Source: Eledone cirrhosa
Lineage: Eukaryota
Assembly (NCBI GenBank): GCA_964016885.1
Contig: OZ024741.1
Coordinates: 410,502,001-410,566,000, forward strand
DNA length: 64,000 bases
Reading direction: 5' to 3'
Below the pieces are notes generated by a model that had not been told where the DNA came from, made no database searches, and worked only from the letters and a program-made list of their open reading frames with translations. Both the position numbers and the translations under genes were made by a program. This document shows positions 55,401 through 64,000 of this stretch, in pieces (position 1 is the first letter of the stretch; every line of letters begins with the position of its first letter).

Positions 55401-55500
55401 TCACCAGCAACTACTGTCTCTGAGCAACCTCCACCTCTACTAATTAAATCACCAGCAACTACCGTCTCTGAGCAACCTCTACTTCTGTAAATTAAATCAC
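52460..55500 (+). repeat. Duplication with 1540-bp period (32 monomers +4)
   Basis: 52461/54001 and ACGTCTTCAA at 52881/54421 match. Shared AAGAAACCCCCAAC, CTTCTAAGTAAATC, GTCTCCAAG and ATCACAAGC. Confidence 0.9.
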
Positions 55501-58500
55501 CAGCAACTACTGTCTCTAAGCAAACTACACCTCTTCTAACGAAATCACCAGCAATTACTGTCTTTGAGCAACCTCTACTTCTGTAAATTAAATCACCAGC
55601 AACTAGTCTCTGAGGAGCCTCTACTTCTGTAAATTAAATCACCAGCAACTACTGTCTCTAAGCAACCTCCACGTCTTCAAATTAAATCACCAGCAACTAC
55701 TGTCTCTAAGACACCTCCACCTCTTCTAATTAAATCAGCATCAAATACTGTCTCTGAGCAACATCTACTTCTGTAAATTAAATCACCAGCAACTACTGTC
55801 TCTGAGGAGCCTCTACTTCTGTAAATTAAATCACCGGCAACTACTGTCTCTAAGCAACCTATCCTTCTGTAAATAATTAAATCACCAGCAACTACTGTCT
55901 CTGAGCAACCTCTACTTCTGTAAATTAAATCACCAGCAACTACTGTCTCTGAACAAAGTCTACTTCTGTAAATTAAATCACCAGCAACTACTGTCTCTGA
56001 GCAACCTATATTTCTGTAAATTAAATCACCAGCAACTACTGTCTCTAAGCAACCTCCACCTTTACTAATTAAATCACCAGCAACTACTGTCTCTAAGCAA
56101 CCTCCACCTCTACTAATTAAAATCACCAGCAACTACTGTCTCTGAGCAACCTCTATTTCTGTAAATTAAATCACCAGCAACTACTGTCTCTAAGCAACCT
56201 CCACCTTTACTAATTAATTCACCAGCATCTACTGTCTCTGTGCAATCTCCACCTATTCTAATTAAATCACCAGCAACTACTGTCTCTGAGGAGCCTCTAC
56301 TTCTTTAAATTAAATCACCAGCAACTACTGTCTCTGAGCAACCTCCACCTCTACTAGTTAAATCACCAGCAACTACCGTCTCTGAGCAACCTCTACTTCT
56401 GTAAATTAAATCACCATCCACTACTGTCTCTGAGCAACATCTACTTCTGTAAATTAAATCACCAGCAACTACTGTCTCTGAGCAACATCTACTTCTGTAA
56501 ATTAAATCACCAGCAACTACTGTCTCTGAGGAGCCTCTATTTCTGTAAATTAAATCACCATCAACTACTGTCTCTAAGCAACCTCCACCTCTACTAATTA
56601 AATCACCAGCAACTACTGTCTCTGAGCAACCTCTACTTCTGTAAATTAAATCACCAGCAACTACTGTCTCTAAGAAACCCCCAACTTTACTAATTAAATC
56701 ACCAGTAACTACTGTCTCTGAGCAACCTCCACCTCTTCTAAGTAAATCACCAGCAACTACTGTCTCTGAGGAGCCTCTACTTCTTTAAATTAAATCACCA
56801 GCAACTACTGTCTCTAAGCAACCTCCAACTCTACTAATTAAATCACCAGCAACTACTGTCTCTAAGCAACCTCCACGTCTTCAAATTAAATCACCAGCAA
56901 CTACTGTCTCTAAGACACCTCCACCTCTTCTAATTAAATCAGCATCAACTACTGTCTTTGAGCAACCTCTACTTCTGTAAATTAAATGACCAGCAACTAC
57001 TGTCTCTGAGGAGCCTCTACTTCTGTAAATTAAATCACCGGCAACTACTGTCTCCAAGCAACCTATCCTTCTGTAAATAATTAAATCACCAGCAACTACT
57101 GTCTCTGAGCAACCTCTACTTCTGTAAATTAAATCACCAGCAACTACTGTCTCTGAGCAACCTCTATTTCTGTAAATTAAATCACCAGCAACTACTGTCT
57201 CTAAGCAACCTCCACCTTTACTAATTAAATCACAAGCAACTACTGTCTCTAAGCAACCTCCACCTTTACTAATTAAATCACCAGCAACTACTGTCTCTGA
57301 GCAACCTCTATTTCTGTAAATTAAATCACCAGCAACTACTGTCTCTAAGCAACCTCCATCTTTACTAATTAATTCACCAGCAACTACTGTCTCTGAGCAA
57401 CCTCTATTTCTGTAAATTAAATCACCAGCATCTACTGTCTCTGTGCAATCTCCACATCTTCTAATTAAATCACCAGCATCTACTGTCTCTGTGCAATCTC
57501 CACCTCTTCTAATTAAATCACCAGCATCTACTGTCTCTGTGCAATCTCCACCACTTCTAATTAAATCACCAGCAACCACTGTCTCTAAGCAAGCCCCCTC
57601 CTTTACTAATTAAATCACCAGCAACTACTGTCTCTAAGCAACCTCCATCTTTACTAATTAATTCACCAGCAACTACTGTCTCTGAGCAACCTCTATTTCT
57701 GTAAATTAAATCACCAGCATCTACTGTCTCTGTGCAATCTCCACCTCTTCTAATTAAATCACCAGTAACTACTGTCTCTGAGCAACCTCCACCTCTTCTA
57801 ATTAAATCACCAGCAACTACTGTCTCTGAGGAGCCTCTACTTCTTTAAATTAAATCACCAGCAACTACTGTCTCTGAGCAACCTCCACCTCTACTAATTA
57901 AATCACCAGCAACTACCGTCTCTGAGCAACCTCTACTTCTGTAAATTAAATCACCAGCAACTACTGTCTCTAAGCAAACTACACCTCTTCTAACGAAATC
58001 ACCAGCAATTACTGTCTTTGAGCAACCTCTACTTCTGTAAATTAAATCACCAGCAACTAGTCTCTGAGGAGCCTCTACTTCTGTAAATTAAATCACCAGC
58101 AACTACTGTCTCTAAGCAACCTCCACGTCTTCAAATTAAATCACCAGCAACTACTGTCTCTAAGACACCTCCACCTCTTCTAATTAAATCAGCATCAAAT
58201 ACTGTCTCTGAGCAACATCTACTTCTGTAAATTAAATCACCAGCAACTACTGTCTCTGAGGAGCCTCTACTTCTGTAAATTAAATCACCGGCAACTACTG
58301 TCTCTAAGCAACCTATCCTTCTGTAAATAATTAAATCACCAGCAACTACTGTCTCTGAGCAACCTCTACTTCTGTAAATTAAATCACCAGCAACTACTGT
58401 CTCTGAACAAAGTCTACTTCTGTAAATTAAATCACCAGCAACTACTGTCTCTGAGCAACCTATATTTCTGTAAATTAAATCACCAGCAACTACTGTCTCT

Positions 58501-58705
58501 AAGCAACCTCCACCTTTACTAATTAAATCACCAGCAACTACTGTCTCTAAGCAACCTCCACCTCTACTAATTAAAATCACCAGCAACTACTGTCTCTGAG
58601 CAACCTCTATTTCTGTAAATTAAATCACCAGCAACTACTGTCTCTAAGCAACCTCCACCTTTACTAATTAATTCACCAGCATCTACTGTCTCTGTGCAAT
58701 CTCCA
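53795..58705 (+). repeat. 51-monomer higher-order repeat (2454 bp) x2
   Basis: ORFs 54427/56881 and 55677/58131 are both offset by 2454 = 51x48+6 (indels +3, +1, -2, +3, +1). CCTATTCTA at 53798/56252. Confidence 0.95.
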
Positions 58706-61700
58706 CCTCTTCTAATTAAATCACCAGCATCTACTGTCTCTGAGCAATCTCCACCTCTTCTAATTAAATCACCAGCATCTACTGTCTCTAAGCAAGCCCC
58801 CTCCTTTACTAATTAAATCTCCAGCAACTACTGTCTGTAAGCAACCCCCACCTTTACTAATTAAATCACCAGCAACTACTGTCTCTGTGCAATCTCCACC
58901 TCTTCTAATTAAATCACCAGTAACTACTGTCTGTGAGCAACCTCCACCTCTTCTAATTAAATCACCAGCAACTACTGTCTCTGAGGAGCCTCTACTTCTT
59001 TAAATTAAATCACCAGCAACTACTGTCTCTGAGCAACCTCCACCTCTACTAATTAAATCACCAGCAACTACCGTCTCTGAGCAACCTCTACTTCTGTAAA
59101 TTAAATCACCATCCACTACTGTCTCTGAGCAACATCTACTTCTGTAAATTAAATCACCAGCAACTACTGTCTCCGAGGAGCCTCTATTTCTGTAAATTAA
59201 ATCACCATCAACTACTGTCTATAAGCAACATCCACATCTACTAATTAAATCACCAGCAACTACTGTCTCTGAGGAACCTCTATTTCTGTAAATTAAATCA
59301 CCAGCAACTACTGTCTCTAAGCAACCTCCACCTTTACTAGTTAAATCACCAGCAAACACTGTCTCTAAGCAAGCCCCTTCCTTTACTAATTAAATCACCA
59401 GCAACTACTGTCTCTAAGCAACCCCCAACTTTACTAATTAAATCACCAGCAACTACTGTCTCTGAGCAACCTCTATTTCTGTAAATTAAATCTCCAGCAT
59501 CTACTGTCTCTGTGCAAACTCCACCTCTTCTAATTAAATCACCAGCATCTACAGTCTCTGTGCAATCTCCACCTCTTCTAATTAAATCACCAGCATCTAC
59601 TGCCTCTGTGCAATCTCCACCTCTTCTAATTAAATCACCAGCAACTACTGTCTCTAAGCAAACTACACCTCTTCTAACGAAATCACCAGCAACTACTGTC
59701 TTTGAGCAACCTCTACTTCTGTAAATTAAATCACCAGCAACTAGTCTCTGAGGAGCCTCTACTTCTGTAAATTAAATCACCAGCATCTACTGTCTCTAAG
59801 CAACCTCCAACTCTACTAATTAAATCACCAGCAACTACTGTCTCTAAGCAACCTCCACGTCTTCAAATTAAATCAACAGCAACTACTGTCTCTAAGACAC
59901 CTCCACCTCTTCTAATTAAATCAGCATCAAATACTGTCTCTGAGCAACCTCTACTTCTGTAAATTAAATCCCCAGCAACTACTGTCTCTGAGGAGCCTCT
60001 ACTTCTGTAAATTAAATCACCGGCAACTACTGCCTCTAAGCAACCTATCCTTCTGTAAATAATTAAATCACCAGCAACTACTGTCTCTGAGCAACCTCTA
60101 CTTCTGTAAATTAAATCACCAGCAACTACTGTCTCTGAGCAACGTCTACTTCTGTAAATTAAATCACCAGCAAATACTGTCTCTGAGCAACCTCTATTTC
60201 TGTAAATTAAATCACCAGCATCTACTGTCTCTAAGCAACCTCCAACTCTACTAATTAAATCACCAGCAACTACTGTCTCTAAGCAACCTCCACGTCTTCA
60301 AATTAAATCACCAGCAACTACTGTCACTAAGACACCTCCACCTCTTCTAATTAAATCAGCATCAAATACTGTCTCTGAGCAACCTCTACTTCTGTAAATT
60401 AAATCACCAGCAACTACTGTCTCTGAGGAGCCTCTACTTCTGTAAATTAAATCACCGGCAACTACTGTCTCTAAGCAACCTATCCTTCTGTAAATTAAAT
60501 CACCAGCAACTACTGTCTCTGAGCAACCTCTACTTCTGTAAATTAAATCACCAGCAACTACTGTCTCTAAGAAACCTCCACCTCTTATAATTAAGTCACC
60601 AGTAACTACTGTCTCTGAGCAACCTCTACTTCTGTAAATTAAATCACCAGCAACTACTGTCTCTAAGCAGCCTCCACTACTTCAATTTAAATCACCAGCA
60701 ACTACTGTCTCTAAGCAACATCCACCTCTTATAATTAAATCACCAGCAACTACTGTCTCTGAGCAACCTATCTTTCTGTAAATTAAATCACCAACAACTA
60801 CTGTCTCTGAGCAACCTCTGCTTCTGTAAATTAAATCACCAGCAACTAGTCTCTGAGGAGCCTCTACTTCTGTAAATTAAATCACCAGTAACTACTGTCT
60901 CTAAGCAACATCCAACTCTACTAATTAAATCACCAGCAACTACTGTCTCTGAGCAACCTCTACTTCTGAAAATTAAATCACCATCAACTACTGTCTCTGA
61001 GCAACCTACACCTCTTCTAATTAAATCACCAACAACTACTGTCTTTGACCAACCTCTACTTCTGTAAATTAAATCACCAGCAACTACTGTCTCTGAGCAA
61101 CCTCTACTTCTGTAAATTAAATCACCAGCAACTACTGTCTCTGAGCAACATCTACTTCTGTAAATTAAATCACCAGCAACTACTGTCTCTGAGGAGCCTC
61201 TATTTCTGTAAATTAAATCACCATCAACTACTGTCTCTAAGCAACCTCCACCTCTACTAATTAAATCACCAGCAACTACTGTCTCTGAGCAACCTCTACT
61301 TCTGTAAATTAAATCACCAGCAACTACTGTCTCTAAGCAACCCCCAACTTTACTAATTAAATCACCAGTAAATACTGTCTCTGAGCAACCTCCACCTCTT
61401 CTAAGTAAATCACCAGCAACTACTGTCTCTGAGGAGCCTCTATTCTTTAAATTAAATCACCAGCAACTACTGTCTCTGAGCAACCTCCAACTCTACTAAA
61501 TAATCACCAGCAACTACCGTCTCTGAGCAACCTCTACTTCTGTAAATTAAATCACCAGCTACTACTCTCTCTAAGCAAACTACACCTCTTCTAACGAAAT
61601 CACCAGCAACTACTGTCTTTGAGCAACCTCTACTTCTGTAAATTAAATTACCAGCAACTACTGTCTCTGAGCAACCTATACTTCTGTAAATTAAATCACC

Positions 61701-64000
61701 AGCAACTACTGCCTTTAAGCAACCTCTACTTCTGTAAATTAAATCACCAGCAACTAGTCTCTGAGGAGCCTCTACTTCTGTAAATTAAATCACCAGCAAC
61801 TACTACCTTTGAGCAACCTCCAACTCTACTAATTAAATCACCAGCAACTACTGTCTCTAAGCAACCTCCACGTCTTCAAATTAAATCACCAGCAACTACT
61901 GTCTCTAAGACACCTCCACCTCATCTAATTAAATCAGCATCAACTACTGTCTCTGAGCAACCTCTACTTCTGTAAATTAAATCACCAGCAACTAGTGTCT
62001 CTGGGGAGCCTCTACTTCTGTAAATTAAATCACCGGCAACTACTGTCTCTAAGCAACCTATCCTTCTGTAAATAATTAAATCACCAGCAACTACTGTCTC
62101 TGAGCAACCTCTACTTCTGTAAATTAAATCACCAGCAACTACTGTCTCTGAGCAACGTCTACTTCTGTAAATTAAATCACCAGCAACTACTGTCTCTGAG
62201 CAACCTCTATTTCTGTAAATTAAATCACCAGCAACTACTGTCTCTAAGCAACCTCCTCCTTTACTAATTAAATCACCAGCAACTACTGTCACTAAGCAAC
62301 CTCCACTTTTACTAATTAAATCACCAGCAAATACTGTCTCTGAGCAACCTCTATTTCTGTAAATTAAATCACCAGCAACTACTGTCTCTAAGCAACCTCC
62401 ACCTTTACTAATTAATTCACCAGCAACTACTGTCTCTGAGCAACCTCTATTTCTGTAAATTAAATCACCAGCATCTACTGTCTCTGTGCAAACTCCACCT
62501 CTTCTAATTAAATCACCAGCATCTACTGTCTCTGTGCAATCTCCACCTCTTCTAATTAAATCACCAGCAACCACCGTCTCTAAGCAAGCCCCCTCCTTTA
62601 CTAATTAAATCTCCAGCAACTACTGTCTGTAAGCAACCCCCACCTTTACTAATTAAATCACCAGCAACTACTGTCTCTGTGCAATCTCCACCTCTACTAA
62701 TTAAATCACCAGTAACTACTGTCTCTGAGCAACCTCCACCTCTTCTAATTAAATCACCAGCAACTACTGTCTCTGAGGAGCCTCTACTTCTTTAAATTAA
62801 ATCGCCAGCAACTACTGTCTCTGAGCAAACTCCACCTCTTCTAACGAAATCACCAGCAACTACTGTCTTTGAGCAACCTCCACCTCTACTAATTAAATCA
62901 CCAGCAACTAGTCTCTGAGGAGCCTCTACTTCTGTAAATTAAATCTCCAGCATCTACTGTCTCTGTGCAATCTCCACCTCTTCTAATTAAATCACCAGCA
63001 TCTACTGTCTCTGTGCAATCTCCACCTCTTCTAATTAAATCACCAGCATCTACTGTCTCTGTGCAATCTCCACCTCTTCTAATTAAATCACCAGCAACCA
63101 CTGTCTCTAAGCAAGCCCGCTCCTTAACTAATTAAATCTCCAGCAACTACTGTCTGTAAGCAACCCCCACCTTTACTAATTAAATCACCAGCAACTACTG
63201 TCTCTGTGCAATCTCCACCTCTTCTAATTAAATCACCAGCAACTACTGTCTCTGAGGAGCCTCTACTTTTTAAATTAAATCACCAGCAACTACTGTCTCT
63301 GAGCAACCTCCACCTCTACTAATTAAATCACCAGCAACTACCGTCTCTGAGCAACCTCTACTTCTGTAAATTAAATCACCAGCAACTACTGTCTCTGAGC
63401 AACATCTACTTCTGTAAATTAAATCACCAGCAACTACTGTCTCCGAGGAGCCTCTATTTCTGTAAATTAAATCACCATCAACTACTGTCTATAAGCAACA
63501 TCCACATCTACTAATTAAATCACCAGCAACTACTGTCTCTGAGGAACCTCTATTTCTGTAAATTAAATCACCAGCAACTACTGTCTCTAAGCAACCTCCA
63601 CCTTTACTAATTAAATCACCAGCAAACACTGTCTCCAAGCAAGCCCCTTCCTTTACTAATTAAATCACCAGCAACTACTGTCTCTAAGCAACCTCCAACT
63701 CTACTAATTAAATCACCAGCAACTACTGTCTCTAAGCAACCTCCACGTCTTCAAATTAAATCACCAGCAACTACTGTCTCTAAGACACCTCCACCTCTTC
63801 TAATTAAATCAGCATCAACTACTGTCTCTGAGCAACCTCTACTTCTGTAAATTAAATCACCAGCAACTAGTGTCTCTGGGGAGCCTCTACTTCTGTAAAT
63901 TAAATCACCGGCAACTACTGTCTCTAAACAACCTACCCTTCTGTAAATAATTAAATCACCAGCAACTACTGTCTCTGAGCAACCTCTACTTCTGTAAATT

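Larger units (their letters stand above)
1..64000 (+). repeat. 48-bp tandem satellite/minisatellite array (~1,330 monomers, head-to-tail), running off both window edges
   Basis: AATTAAATCACCAGCAACTACTGTCTCT recurs about every 48 nt from the first line to the last, followed by a 20-nt variable segment. I saw no non-repeat stretch and no inverted monomer. All ORFs show a 16-aa period. The consensus monomers are 40-42% GC (A-type: A16 C17 G3 T12). Confidence 0.99.

Noticed and set aside
1-64000. CRISPR-like look (28-bp constant repeat plus 20-bp variable segment)
   Set aside because: The variable segments are homologous to each other and reused hundreds of times rather than being unique spacers. 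The repeat has no clear hairpin, and there is no leader or cas gene in the window.
1-64000. Telomeric repeat, rRNA/tRNA/snRNA tandem array, zinc-finger array or transposon
   Set aside because: There are no telomere hexamer runs and no recognisable RNA gene or Pol III boxes. The period is 48 bp rather than 84 bp with no C2H2 spacing, and there are no terminal repeats or transposase/RT ORFs.
1-64000. Assignment as a centromeric satellite, or to a named family or species
   Set aside because: I recognised no CENP-B box or known consensus. Location and function cannot be inferred without a database search and chromatin data.

Overview
The whole 64-kb window is one uninterrupted, single-orientation tandem array of a 48-bp monomer (about 1,330 copies, from 64000/48). 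It is most likely a eukaryotic satellite or very large minisatellite, and I cannot name the family or the organism. Each monomer has a near-invariant 28-bp part (AATTAAATCACCAGCAACTACTGTCTCT) and a 20-bp variable part drawn from a small set of related variants: A-type AAGCAACCTCCACCTCTACT, B-type GAGCAACCTCTACTTCTGTA and C-type GAGGAGCCTCTA(C/T)TTCTGTA. The order of variants reveals nested higher-order duplications with periods of 96, 144, 387, 815, 957, 1540, 1969, 2107, 2454, 3025, ~4.1-4.7 kb and ~8.4-8.8 kb, and three regional domains with their own diagnostic variants. I found no credible gene, RNA gene, transposon, CRISPR array or unique sequence; the ORFs arise because 48 is a multiple of 3. 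I do not see a new functional system that the sequence alone can support. What is interesting is the architecture: a constant/variable monomer, readable duplication breakpoints, and a variant-dependent homeodomain-like motif. Offsets were derived by hand from marker variants and ORF coordinates, so block edges are approximate.
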